From the NCBI GenBank assembly GCA_951406725.2, contig OX597832.1, forward strand, positions 50,468,001-50,532,000: a DNA stretch of 64,000 nt. The letters are read 5' to 3'. Numbering within the stretch: the first letter of the stretch is position 1; each line of letters begins with the position of its first letter. Shown here piece by piece: positions 42,605 through 51,454 of this stretch. Position numbers and translations under genes: made by a program. Below the pieces are notes generated by a model. It worked only from the letters and a program-made list of their open reading frames with translations, searched no databases and was not told the origin of the DNA. The DNA is from Octopus vulgaris (Eukaryota).

Positions 42605-45600
42605 ATGTATGTGTGTGTTTGTCCCCCTAGCATTGCTTGACAACCGATGCTGGTGTGTTTACGTCCCCGCAACTTAGCAGTTCAGCAAAAGAGACCGATA
42701 GAATGAGTACTGGGCTTACAAAGAATAAGTCCCGGGGTCGATTTGCTCGACTAAAGGCGGTGCTCCAGCATGGCCGCAGTCAATATGACTGAAACAAGTA
42801 AAAGAGTAAAGAGTATATTTACAGTATAGGGTGGTGGGGGTGATTGTTTGTCTGTGAACTGATAGGAAACTGAAGCCAAAGGCACTCCTAGGTTATTCTC
42901 ACAATTAGAAACACAATGAGCCAGTGTTCATCAGAAGAACATAACCAATGGGACTATCGTTCACAAATTGTGATGTTAAAACTTATAAATAGCTAAATAA
43001 CAGGTGTGGCCGTGTGGTTAGATGGTTCTACTATAGTCTTAAGCGAACCAAAAGCCTTGTGAGTGGATTTGGTATGCAGAAACTGGAAGTAGATAGTGTG
43101 TGTGTGTGTGTGTGTCCATCCTTGATGTAACAGGATAGTTGTAAATGATTGGGATTGTCATACAAGTAATGTCAGTTCATTTCCAATATTTCGTTAAAAT
43201 ATCTGGTCATGGGGAAATATTACCTTGCCTGGAAACAGGTGATGGTTGGTGACAAGAAGGGCATTTGGCTATAGAAAATCTGCCTCTATAAACACTGTCC
43301 AATCCATGCAAGCATGGAAAATGAATGGAGCCTATGTGGCAGGTATTTAAAGGGAGAAATTTGACAAGACAGTCAGTCACCGGCTGACGATACATCAAAG
43401 AGGCCAGGGAACAGAAGAAAGAAGACATGCACCCAACACCAGAGCTGAAGACACCTCCGAAAGGGGGGGCCCCGCCACGTCAAAACGGTAGAGGAGTAGG
43501 GGACCGAAACCGGACATGGTTCCTCCTAATGATGTCTTGAGCTAACTGGATCCTATAAAGGAGCTGTTGTGGTAGCAGACCACGAAACACGGTTGTAATT
43601 CCCCAATGATGATCATGACATTCAATCCAGTAATTACCACTAATAGGAAAGCTTAGTATCCTCTATGAGTTTCAGGTCAACTAAAGCCTTGTAAGTGAAT
43701 TTGGTAGATACTAACTGGAATTGTCAGTGTCATACTTAATGTTGTTCATTTCTATTCTGTTAAAAACATGTTTGGCCATGGAGAAATGTGACCTTATTTG
43801 GAAACAGGGATGGGTTCGTAACAGGAGAGGCATCTGATTTTGGAAAATCTGCCCCATGCAAACATGGAAGAGTGGACATTAAGTGATGATGATGAAATCA
43901 GACTAGAACAGATTATCCGAAAGTGTCAAAGACACTAAACTGGCATTCTGCCAAAGCACTGAAGAGAAATGCAGTCTTTCATCAAACACAAAAATGTTAT
44001 TCAATAGTTAAAAAAAAAAATGAACATAGGCGCAGGAGTGGCTGTGTGGTAAGTAGCTTGCTAACCAACCACATGGTTCCGGGTTCAGTCCCACTGCGTG
44101 GCATCTTGGGCAAGTGTCTTCTGCTATAGCCCCGGGCCGACAAATGCCTTGTGAGTAGATTTGGTAGACGGAAACTGAAAGAAGCCTGCCGTATATATGT
44201 ATATGTATGTGTGCGTGTTTTTGTGTCTGTGGTTGTCCCACTAGCATTGCTTGACAACCGATGCTGGTGTGTTTATGTACCCGTCACTTAGCAGTTCGGC
44301 AAAAAGAGACCGATAGAATAAGTACTGGGCTTACAAAAGAATAAGTCCCGGGGTCGATTTGGTCGACCAAAGGCGGTGCTCCGGCATGGCCGCAGTCAAA
44401 TGACTGAAAAGAGTTTTAAAAAAAAAAGAGTATTCCTGACAAAATTTTGAGGACTCTAGAAACACTCCTTTTTAATCCATAATAAAAATATTAAAAAAGA
44501 AAAAACAGCAATTATCAAACTGTATAGCATTTAAACCAGCCACATCCTGCCAATTATTAAATCTGTTTTAGTTCAACCTGGCTAGATCTGGTCTCTCATC
44601 CCTACCCTACAATGTCATTCAAAAAATATACAATCACAACATTGAAATCTCAAAGCCACAAGATAATGCATGATTAATTCAAAAGGATCTACAAACATTG
44701 GGACTCACTGAGAGGAGGGCAGGGGACAGACTCGTGGCCCTTGCATACAGGCTCACTCTTGCAAGCATCCCTAATCTTGCAGGCTCTTAAGTGCTGGTGC
44801 CATGTAAAAAGCACCCAGCACACGCTGTAAAGTAGCTAGCATTAGGAAGGGCATCTAGCCACAGACAGACATGGAGCCTGAACAGCGCTTCAGCTGGTCA
44901 GCTCCTGTCAAACCGTCCAACCCATACCAGCATAGAAAACAGACATTAAATGATGATGATAAATTTGAGAGAGGACTCTGAATGCTGAAGGGTTAAATGT
45001 CCTGTATATGTACAATCATCCACTGATCAATGGGTCAAAATTCCATTACCCGAGATCACAGCATGCATAAAAACTGTAAACTAGCAATACAATCATTCAG
45101 TCTCGATGCTGACTTAGAAAACACTAAGTCTCCAGGAGTGTAAATTCTAATTTTTAAATCTGAGAAGTTTCAGTCAGTAAAGTGAATGGGTTCTGTATAA
45201 ATTATATCTTGTCATTGTTACTATCATTCCTAGCAAAAGATTTTTAAGTTCTGCGACTATCTACTTAGCTGTGATTAGGTATGTACAGCCTCAAATTCTT
45301 TTAAACCTTCAAAGAGGGTTATGTTTTTGTTAAAGTTATATATAGGAGGGTAAAGTCCCCCTTTGGTCATGAATGACCATGGGACTGCACCAAGGAAGTT
45401 ACCCTCTGAAGCACAAGTCAAGGCAAGGTTGTTTATGGAAGACTAGCAGTCACCCATGCATACTAGCCCGCCACAATCCACACCACCTTGCTATCCAAGG
45501 GAAAGGCAAAGACCGATACAGCTTGGCACCAGTGACATCGCAACTCATTTCCAGAGCAGAGTGAATTTGAGCAACATGAAATAAAGTGTCTTGCTCAAGA

Positions 45601-48600
45601 ACACAACACATAGCCCATACCAGGAATCGAACTCACTACCTCATTATTGTGAGCCTGACACTCTAACCACTGACCTATGCACCTTCACATTAAAATGATA
45701 TACAATACATACATCTGCTCATAAGGAAGCTGCATGTGTCTGTATTGAGAGAAATACAAAGGTCAGGACTTTGTATCCTGTTGTCAGCTTTGCATTGTGT
45801 CGATGGCCAAAAGTATTTTTTTTTGCTTGTGTGGTCTTAGTCCATTTTATTGTAACTAAATGGAAATTAGGAACAAATCGCTGTAATCAGTGGTAGACTA
45901 AAAACATATGGACTTCAGCTTGTAGTGTTAGGCTTGACTCTTTCTGTGGATGCGTCTACATATCCACAGAAAGAGTGGGTCAACCAGGTTGACTCGTACA
46001 AGATATATTACATTAAGACAAAAATCACCTATGGCCTCGCTACAATCCAATAGGTTATGGAATTCCCCCATCTCACTACACACATACTGGTCTATTCATT
46101 CAAATCAACAAGACAACTATTATACAGTTGTCCAACCAGTTAGACGTAGCAATTAGGCCCCTCCCAGATCACATCCTGCTGCCTTTAAAGAAAAGGGAAA
46201 CACACATTAGATAATGTAGTCCAAGCTACAGAAGATGATCACGCTAGGAATGTCTGTTTGAAGGGAGCTGAAGTGGGGCTTAAAAAGACTTTTGCAATAC
46301 CAGAAAAAAAAATGAAAATTTCAGCGGGTAAGGGAGGTTCACATGCACGCACATGCATTGAAGGGGTGTCCCTTGGGTGATGCAAAGGCATCATCCTCTA
46401 CGAGTAATAAGGAACCACCAGCCCATGGAGGATGCAGCAATGTGCGGTTAGTGTATCTCCCCATACTACTACTAAAGCGTCATCCGCTAAGAGTAATAGG
46501 GAATCACAAACACATGGAGGATGCAGCAATGTGCAGTTATAGTTTGTGTCACCATGTTACTACTTAAGATGGTAAGCCAGTTGTGAACAAACTGGAAATT
46601 GTGGGGAGAACAACAATAAGGGATGTTTTTTTTCAAAAGTGTTACATATGGTTGTTTATAAAAAGTACTGCAAGGAAGATTTAGAAATTGGAATTTCTTA
46701 AATAACCTGTCATGGGAAAAGGGATAAAATAAAGAAATAAAAATTATGCGAAATCCACAAAAAAAACATTTTGGTACAACTGACCTTGAAGCAACATTGA
46801 CATCAAAATAGAGTATGAATGTCAGTGGAATATTATACATAGAGATAGAATGCAACTAAAATACTAAAATTAATGAACTAGAAGTTGCATGCATGGCTGT
46901 GTGGTTAAAAAGTTTGCATCCCAACCACATGGCATCGTAGGCAAGTGTTTACTGATACAGCCATGAAGAAACCAGAGCCTTGTAAGGGGATTTGGTTGGT
47001 AGAATCTGCAAGAATACCATCGTATATGTGCGTGTATATGTATTTGTGTGTGAATTTTTGAAAAGCCATATAAGTGCAGGCAAGGCTCTGTGGTTAAGAA
47101 ATTTGCTTCCAAAACACATGCTTTCGCGTTCACAGTGTGGCACCTTGAGCAAACGTCTTCTAATATAGCCCCCGAGAGACCAAAGCCATGCAAGTGAATT
47201 TGGTAGATGGAATTTGCAAGAAACCGGTGATGCGTGTGTTCTCTTTGTCTGGACATCACCGTATAGTTGCAAATGTGCATCACCATCATACAAGCAATAA
47301 TGCTAGTTTCCAATCTTTCGTGGAAGCATGTCCTGCCATGGGCGGAGAAAACACCTTGCTTGGAAACAGGTGAGGAATGCTAACTAACAGAAGGGGCATC
47401 TGGCAGTAGGATATCTGCCTCGACCAATTCCATCCAACCCATGCAAGCTCGGATAAGTGGACGCTAAAACAGTGATGATAATATATCGAAAATTCCGAGC
47501 ACAAAAACGAATAGAAATTGTTGTTGCAACTGCTATACAATCGCAAAGACAAGAATTCAAAGAGACATATTCATGTGCAATATCACAAATGCCTCGATAA
47601 TAGGTCCATCAAACAATAGAATTCTTTCATCTCAAAGCAATGAATGCTACATCTTTTATGCTGTAAACATGGCTTAGTGATTAGTGGAACCGACAGCACA
47701 ACGTCATTTTTTTCATGAATTTTGACAGGAAATATTTATACTACGCCCAAATAGTAATGAATATTTAGGTTTTCAAATATTTTTCCCCAGGTAAATTAAA
47801 CTTAGATTTAATGGTCCCTACACTCAGAAGGGCTCTGAATAACAGGGGAAATGCAATCAACTTTTACCATTTAATTTTTTTTTTAGTTTAAATAAGCCAA
47901 TTTTCAGTGGAAACATTGGTATTAAACAAAGGTTCGGTGGATTAGGAAGAATATAATATTCTTCCTAAGAAGATTATTACATTCCTAAGAGTTCAAGAAC
48001 AGTTGGGGAGCTTAGGAGCTTAAAAGGGCCGAGGAGAAAATTATATATATGTATATATATATATATATAATACAAAATTACTGGATTTACATCTCTGTAA
48101 GCTAGGTGTATTTATTACCAGTTGCCCTGCTACCCGAGAATTATATTGAGAGGAATAGAAAAAAAAAAGCACAAAAAAGAGGTACTCCCAAAAAAAGAAA
48201 AAGAAGAAACAAATTCTATCGAGTAATAGATGTTATTTTTGCCAATCTTCCTTTCTAAGAATCAGAAAAGCAGAACAGATTATTGCAACACACACACAGA
48301 CGAATTCGGCAACTTTGCCTAAATTTTAGTGTTACTGAATAAGCGACACGTTGATATAAAACTAGAAGATTATGTCTTCGCCGTTCAGTAATAATACACT
48401 CACCCGATCATATTTTTCTTTTTTCTTTTAGGAATAAGAAAAACATATGGGGATAAAACAATTTTTTAAACTAATTCATAACAACTATTGTGATAAAAAA
48501 AAAACTATATGGCAAAGCAATCAAAAATCGTTCGCCTTTAAAAACGAATCAATATGTTTATAACTGGCGAACCATTTTAGCCGCCGCGGAATTTATATAT

Positions 48601-49953
48601 CATGGTTAATAAAATATCCATATTTAATTAAAGTTGAAATATATCAAAGTTGCGGGGATTATTGTACATTGTTCTATTGCATATTGTATCCGTGTAAGAA
48701 CAGTTACAGGATCTTCGTTACGAAATGTTAAGCAACCCGAACTGTTGAAGGCTGCTAAATCAACCATTCTGTACATTTAATATTCTATTGAAGATCGTTT
48801 CGAAAAAGCTAAGTTGATAAATTACATAATTAGTGGGTATAAATCGGACCAATTTTATGTAAATTACGAAGGAAATAGAAGCGTAAAAAAAGCGAGAAAG
48901 TTCACGATGATAGAAAAGAAGAGAAAAAATATCCACGTGTAAGACATATTTGGAGCGACACGTTCTCATTAGTCAGGCAAACAGTCGTACTCTGTCGAGA
49001 TGAGTAGGCAGGCATACAGGATGTTGCGGTCAATTATTACTTTTATACGCCTGGTTTTCTATACACTTTAAGTAATGTTATATATGCAATATGTGAAGGG
49101 GTGAAATAACAATAATGATTACGAATAAGGGCGAGAAAGGGGTATTTTTTTAAACTGAAATACCAATGGGGGGGTATTACATCTACAAATGTAATAAGCA
49201 GTTGGTAGATGAAAAACGATCGCGAATCAAGATCCCTCGAAATATTGCCGTAAATAAATTTGCAGCTGTTAAAAATAATCATAGTAGTTTTCTCTACTTG
49301 TTTGCCAGCCACATCGACAGATTTAGGAGTCAGATTTTGGTAGGGACCCACAAACGTCAAAAACTGGGGTTTATAGTAAAGCAAACAACTCCATTTGAGA
49401 CTTTTCTGATTATTGAAATAACAAAAAACCTTATCTTATAAATTGCGAGGATTCAATGAACGAAAAAAAACACACATTAAAACAGAAAGTATTTCCCCTA
49501 ATAGCTAAAAGAATCTTTCAGTTCTGTTTCGCTTAGTACATACATAACGGCAGGATAGTATTATTTCTTTTTTTTTTTTAGAGCAGCCTGTAACAGGGAA
49601 GAATGGTGTAAAAATAGCAACAGTCTTCCTGCGGAATAAGAGGACCCCACTTTCTGAACAAACAAGAAATAAAAAAAAAAAAAGGTTAATTAAAACATTC
49701 GTAGTTTTAACTTATTTGATGAACGGCTCATAGAAAATTATATATATATACACACATACATATACACATACATATATACACATACATATATACACACATA
49801 CATATATACACACATATATATACACACACACACATATATATATACACACATATATACACACACACACATATATATATACACACATATATACACACACACA
49901 CATATATATATACACACATATATATACACACACACACACATATATATATGTAT

Positions 49954-49984
<31 letters not shown>

Positions 49985-51134
49985 CACACACACACATATA
50001 TATGTATATACACAAATGTATATACACACACAAATATATATACACACATATATATACACACATATATATATATATACACATATATATACACACATATATA
50101 TACACACACATATATACACACACATATATATACACATATATATACTTATATATATACACACATATATACTCATATATACACACACATATATACTCATATA
50201 TACACACACATATATACTCATATATACACACACACATATATATATACACACACACATATATATATGTATGTATAACATATGTGCGTAACACTACATTTAT
50301 TGGTGTAAACTAATGTGAAAAGTTCCAGTTCTGAATCCGTTCAACTAAAGGCGTTAGTCATATTGGACAGACCAACATATTTCACAAACAGAATTTAGTA
50401 GCCAGCGACCGTCGGGTAGTGTTTTTCGTTTTAGTAGTTAATGCCTGTTTATTAGAATCTAGTGAAATAGTAATAATACTTATTGCTGCTAATAGTATTA
50501 GTAAGACTAATAAATAAATCGCATATACAGGTGCGCACACGCTGGGAGAAAAGATTATCAAATGTACAGATATTCCTAAAAGAAAGTGACCTAAACATCT
50601 GTTTATTAAGGGAAAGAATGTATGTAAACTAAAGGGGTTTTTCGCCCCCAGCCACATAATTATTTCGTGGGAGTATTTTTTTTTTTTTAAGGTCCAGATC
50701 AGATACAGAAAAAATAAATAAATCAAATTTAAGGAATGAATTTTTTTTTTTTTTTGGGGGGGTTTTACTTCAATCGCAGATAGTTTTTGGGAGTTTAAGT
50801 AAGTGAAAATTACAAAGATCCTATACAGGAAAAAAATATATAATAATAATGAAATAGCAGAGGAAGTTATTAATTAATTAATTAATTAAAAAAAAAGGGG
50901 ATAAATCCTGAAACGATGGAGAAAATTAGAACATATGTGTTATGTTCTTCTCCGCCCCACAGAAATTTCTGTATATACTTTGCAATATACTTCCAAAAAG
51001 AGCAGAGAAAACAGCTTCAGGATATACGGGGATCCTTATCGGTTCAGTTATCCGAAATATGGGGGGGTTTTCGGGTTTAGGGAGCCTACCTGTTTCACAA
51101 TTCCGCAATGAAAGACTGGAGGTTGAGAAGTCAT
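1490..51134 (-). CDS. SND1: Staphylococcal nuclease domain-containing protein 1 (Tudor-SN/p100), full coding span, 22 coding exons, 890 aa
   Basis: Manually spliced exons sum to 2673 nt with consistent phases and GT-AG borders. Translation has hallmark SND1 motifs: [74 protein letters not shown]. Confidence 0.97.
2601..3020 (+). mobile_element. MITE family D (TIR GGATCTTTTCGGTTTGAACGGCAGTTTTT, 8-bp TSD, internal TTAGGG repeats)
   Basis: TIRs at both ends; TSD gccataaa/gccataat. Confidence 0.9.
3358..3606 (-). CDS. SND1: SND1 exon 21 ([11 protein letters not shown]...[24 protein letters not shown])
   Basis: 249 nt, CAG/GTAGG. Confidence 0.95.
3984..4366 (-). mobile_element. SINE family A (tRNA-like head, CCTTGGGCAAGT CORE-like motif, internal (TA/CA)n, AAGAGTA tail)
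   Basis: Near-identical copies throughout the window; head AGGCGCAGGAGTGGCTGTGTGGTAAG...GGTTCAGTCCC. Confidence 0.85.
4515..5045 (-). mobile_element. Non-autonomous Helitron
   Basis: Minus strand starts TC (5045) and ends CTAG (4515), inserted between A and T, with subterminal hairpin CCCGAGC-AAC-GCCGGG at 4542-4527; no TSD. Confidence 0.8.
5362..5611 (-). mobile_element. Composite non-autonomous retroelement: tRNA-like head + (AAT)n + degenerate hammerhead-type tail
   Basis: B box GAGTTCGATTC near 5566-5576; CUGAUGA at 5476-5470; stem GGCUG/CAGCU; GAAA at 5448-5445. Closely similar to 18238-18450. Confidence 0.6.
5704..5922 (-). mobile_element. SINE family B (tRNA-like head; GCCTTTCATCCTTTCGGGGTCGAT central domain)
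   Basis: TSD aaaaggtacatcttatat (5686-5703 / 5923-5940). Confidence 0.88.
6089..6196 (-). CDS. SND1: SND1 exon 20 ([36 protein letters not shown])
   Basis: 108 nt, TAG/GTAAGT, LPAQAT motif. Confidence 0.93.
7206..7513 (-). mobile_element. tRNA-derived SINE with V-domain-like centre
   Basis: A box TGGCCTAGTGG and B box GGTTCAAATCT; CCTGCGATGGACCGGTGTCCCATCCAGG resembles the V-SINE domain; (AAAC)n tail; TSD atgcaaatttt. Confidence 0.75.
7646..7878 (-). mobile_element. SINE family B
   Basis: 15-bp TSD aaaccaggacaacct. Confidence 0.88.
7986..8052 (-). CDS. SND1: SND1 exon 19 ([22 protein letters not shown]), Tudor aromatic cage
   Basis: 67 nt, CAG/GTAAGT; W-YRA and YIDYGN cage residues present. 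Confidence 0.96.
8106..8326. mobile_element. piggyBac-like MITE family E1
   Basis: TTAA on both sides; 12-bp TIR CCCTTTAGTGTT. Related copies near 3715-3918, 12060-12281, 31717-31925, 39730-40070, 40075-40486, 44525-44992 and 54942-55115. Confidence 0.85.
8501..8909 (-). mobile_element. MITE family D copy
   Basis: TIRs; TSD gacgtttg/gatgtttg. Confidence 0.9.
9040..9166 (-). CDS. SND1: SND1 exon 18 ([13 protein letters not shown]...[18 protein letters not shown]), Tudor domain
   Basis: 127 nt, AAG acceptor, GTAAGT donor. Confidence 0.94.
9373..9442 (-). ncRNA. Minimal type I hammerhead ribozyme candidate (Penelope-like-element type)
   Basis: Minus strand reads GGUU-CUGAUGA-AA-CUAUAAGGUG...CAUCUUAUAG-CA-GAAA-CAGCUG-UA-AGCU. 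It has both core boxes, a 10-bp stem II, a palindromic stem III and a GUA site. Confidence 0.7.
10481..10616 (-). CDS. SND1: SND1 exon 17 (IWSNYEEPK...[19 protein letters not shown])
   Basis: 136 nt, CAG/GTAAGT. Confidence 0.94.
10984..11586 (+). mobile_element. SINE family A with an antisense family-C fragment in its (TA)n (11170-11337)
   Basis: Matches the other A copies; the nested (GAT)n-tailed fragment is visible. Confidence 0.85.
12368..12801 (-). mobile_element. SINE family A
   Basis: Full-length copy, inverted relative to 10984-11586. Confidence 0.85.
13256..13444 (-). CDS. SND1: SND1 exon 16 ([21 protein letters not shown]...KAKTAKLN)
   Basis: 189 nt, TAG/GTAAA. Confidence 0.95.
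14776..14891 (-). CDS. SND1: SND1 exon 15 ([38 protein letters not shown])
   Basis: 116 nt, TAG/GTAAT. Confidence 0.93.
15882..16023 (-). CDS. SND1: SND1 exon 14 ([47 protein letters not shown])
   Basis: 142 nt, CAG/GTAAT, start of SN4. Confidence 0.96.
16262..16722. mobile_element. Tc1/pogo-like MITE
   Basis: Left TA-CCGTAAATCCTCAAGTATAATACGCA versus right TGCGGATTATACTCGAGGATTTAC; last bases of the right end are degenerate. Confidence 0.7.
17905..18088 (-). CDS. SND1: SND1 exon 13 ([32 protein letters not shown]...HRVADLSG)
   Basis: 184 nt, CAG/GTGAGT. Confidence 0.96.
18238..18644. mobile_element. Same composite element as a head-to-head inverted pair
   Basis: Inverted arms centred on CCCATGGG (18452-18459). 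CUGAAGA box at 18352-18346 (-); the + arm ends at the ribozyme motif (18613-18644). Interrupts a TTAA-type MITE remnant. Confidence 0.65.
18993..19213. mobile_element. piggyBac-like MITE family E1 copy
   Basis: TTAA-CCCTTTAG ... CTAAAGGG-TTAA. Confidence 0.85.
19406..19488 (-). CDS. SND1: SND1 exon 12 ([27 protein letters not shown])
   Basis: 83 nt, TAG/GTAAGT. Confidence 0.95.
20068..20362 (+). mobile_element. 5'-truncated LINE, RTE-like ORF2 C-terminus
   Basis: [17 protein letters not shown]...AMMDREVW resembles the RTE-group C-terminus; short TGAR repeat tail. Confidence 0.7.
20642..20777 (-). CDS. SND1: SND1 exon 11 (LQSENN...[26 protein letters not shown])
   Basis: 136 nt, TAG/GTATG. 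Confidence 0.95.
20870..21278 (+). mobile_element. SINE family A
   Basis: Full-length copy filling most of intron 10. Confidence 0.85.
21305..21390 (-). CDS. SND1: SND1 exon 10 ([28 protein letters not shown])
   Basis: 86 nt, CAG/GTAAGT, start of SN3. Confidence 0.95.
21770..22282 (+). mobile_element. Family C retro-repeat, longest copy ((GAT)n tail; 5' tandem hairpin subrepeats)
   Basis: 3' part GGCGTTAGGAAGGGCATCCAGCTGTAG...CATGGAAAGCGGACGTTAAACGATGATG is shared with 2219-2410, 6435-6625, 9508-9654, 19681-19850, 23870-24050, 27515-27707 and 54530-54698. Confidence 0.75.
22659..22749 (-). CDS. SND1: SND1 exon 9 ([30 protein letters not shown])
   Basis: 91 nt, CAG/GTGAGT. Confidence 0.95.
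23656..23762 (-). CDS. SND1: SND1 exon 8 ([35 protein letters not shown])
   Basis: 107 nt, CAG/GTAAT. Confidence 0.95.
24275..24685 (+). mobile_element. SINE family A
   Basis: Near full-length copy. Confidence 0.85.
26108..26506 (+). mobile_element. SINE family A
   Basis: Full-length copy. Confidence 0.85.
26753..26908 (-). CDS. SND1: SND1 exon 7 (APMFK...[22 protein letters not shown]...GTVIHP)
   Basis: 156 nt, AAG acceptor, GTAAG donor. Confidence 0.95.
28036..28127 (-). CDS. SND1: SND1 exon 6 ([30 protein letters not shown])
   Basis: 92 nt, CAG/GTAAGT, start of SN2. Confidence 0.96.
29210..29370 (-). CDS. SND1: SND1 exon 5 ([21 protein letters not shown]...[15 protein letters not shown])
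   Basis: 161 nt, CAG/GTAAG, phase 2-1. Confidence 0.95.
30421..30637. mobile_element. piggyBac-like MITE family E2
   Basis: TTAA TSD; TIR CCCTTTCGWTACC (12/13). Related copies near 18761-18980, 28847-29068, 25456-25878 and 31473-31676. Confidence 0.85.
30930..31320 (-). mobile_element. 5'-truncated LINE, CR1-group ORF2 C-terminus + 3' UTR
   Basis: Translation ...[40 protein letters not shown].. (TRGH..FF..RV...WN.LP motif). Confidence 0.8.
32016..32097 (-). CDS. SND1: SND1 exon 4 ([26 protein letters not shown])
   Basis: 82 nt, CAG/GTATG, phase 1-2. Confidence 0.92.
33160..33587 (-). mobile_element. MITE family D copy
   Basis: TIRs; perfect TSD agtctttc. Confidence 0.92.
33819..33942 (-). 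CDS. SND1: SND1 exon 3 ([41 protein letters not shown])
   Basis: 124 nt, AAG acceptor, GTAAGT donor. Confidence 0.95.
34762..34980 (+). mobile_element. SINE family B nested in a family-C copy
   Basis: 16-bp TSD aggttctatagtctct. Further B copies near 23218-23437, 28238-28460, 29668-29900 and 55128-55362. Confidence 0.88.
35864..36130 (+). mobile_element. Further tRNA-headed SINE (TTGAGCAAGACACTTTA CORE-like motif)
   Basis: Related copies at about 21475-21700, 34398-34527 and 45345-45688 (-). Confidence 0.65.
36181..36582 (-). mobile_element. SINE family A
   Basis: Full-length copy. Confidence 0.85.
36792..36926 (-). CDS. SND1: SND1 exon 2 ([45 protein letters not shown])
   Basis: 135 nt, CAG acceptor, GTAAA donor, SN1 motif. 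Confidence 0.95.
37483..37898 (+). mobile_element. MITE family D copy
   Basis: TIRs; perfect TSD aaataatg. Confidence 0.92.
38655..38922 (+). mobile_element. 5'-truncated LINE, CR1-group C-terminus
   Basis: [23 protein letters not shown] / [22 protein letters not shown] with a frameshift; TTAAC repeat tail. Confidence 0.7.
40594..40757. mobile_element. Degenerate Tc1/pogo-like MITE
   Basis: TA-CCATAATTACTTGTGCATAAGTTGCACC ... GGTGCAACACATTCATGTGCAAGTATGG-TA. Confidence 0.5.
41735..42813. mobile_element. Two head-to-head SINE-A copies (older - copy 41735-42170; younger + copy 42391-42813)
   Basis: Matches the family A sequence. Confidence 0.8.
44028..44415 (+). mobile_element. SINE family A
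   Basis: Full-length copy. Confidence 0.85.
49739..50275. repeat. Compound (CA)n/(TA)n microsatellite in intron 1
   Basis: About 540 bp of alternating TA/CA blocks. Confidence 0.95.
51090..51134 (-). CDS. SND1: SND1 coding exon 1 ([15 protein letters not shown])
   Basis: ATG at 51134-51132; CAG|GTAGG donor; GIVKQ matches the SND1 N-terminus and joins in phase 0 to ILSGDAV; lies in a CpG-rich region. Confidence 0.85.
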
Positions 51135-51290
51135 GCTTGCAAGGCGACGTTCAGTGATGGTCGAAAAAGAGACAGCCGATCACGTGACCTACACAGTTCG
51201 TTTCGGGTCTTAAAGTATTAATATAACATCCAACTGCCGCGGCTCGCCCTGAACCACCTCGACTAGATTTTTACTCGCTTACAACCTTAT
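51135..51290 (-). promoter_or_regulatory. SND1 5' UTR / core promoter candidate with TCT-like initiator and E-box
   Basis: Minus-strand TCTCTTTTTC at 51172-51163; ATCACGTGAC at 51179-51188; TATATTAA at about 51225-51218; locally CpG-rich. Confidence 0.55.
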
Positions 51291-51302
51291 AGTTTCTCAA
51301 CC

Positions 51303-51347
<45 letters not shown>

Positions 51348-51454
51348 TATATATTTATATATATATATTTTTTTACCTATAGACCTATTTTAATTGTTAT
51401 TTTACTCCTGATGAAAATCCCCCCTCCCCCCGTCATAGCCTCTCGATATTTTAA

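Noticed and set aside
49712-50313. Overlapping 100-190 aa ORFs
   Set aside because: Translations of a CA/TA microsatellite.
36927-51089. Nested gene in an SND1 intron, as LRRC4 is in human SND1
   Set aside because: No long ORF or LRR-like peptide is seen in this or any other intron.
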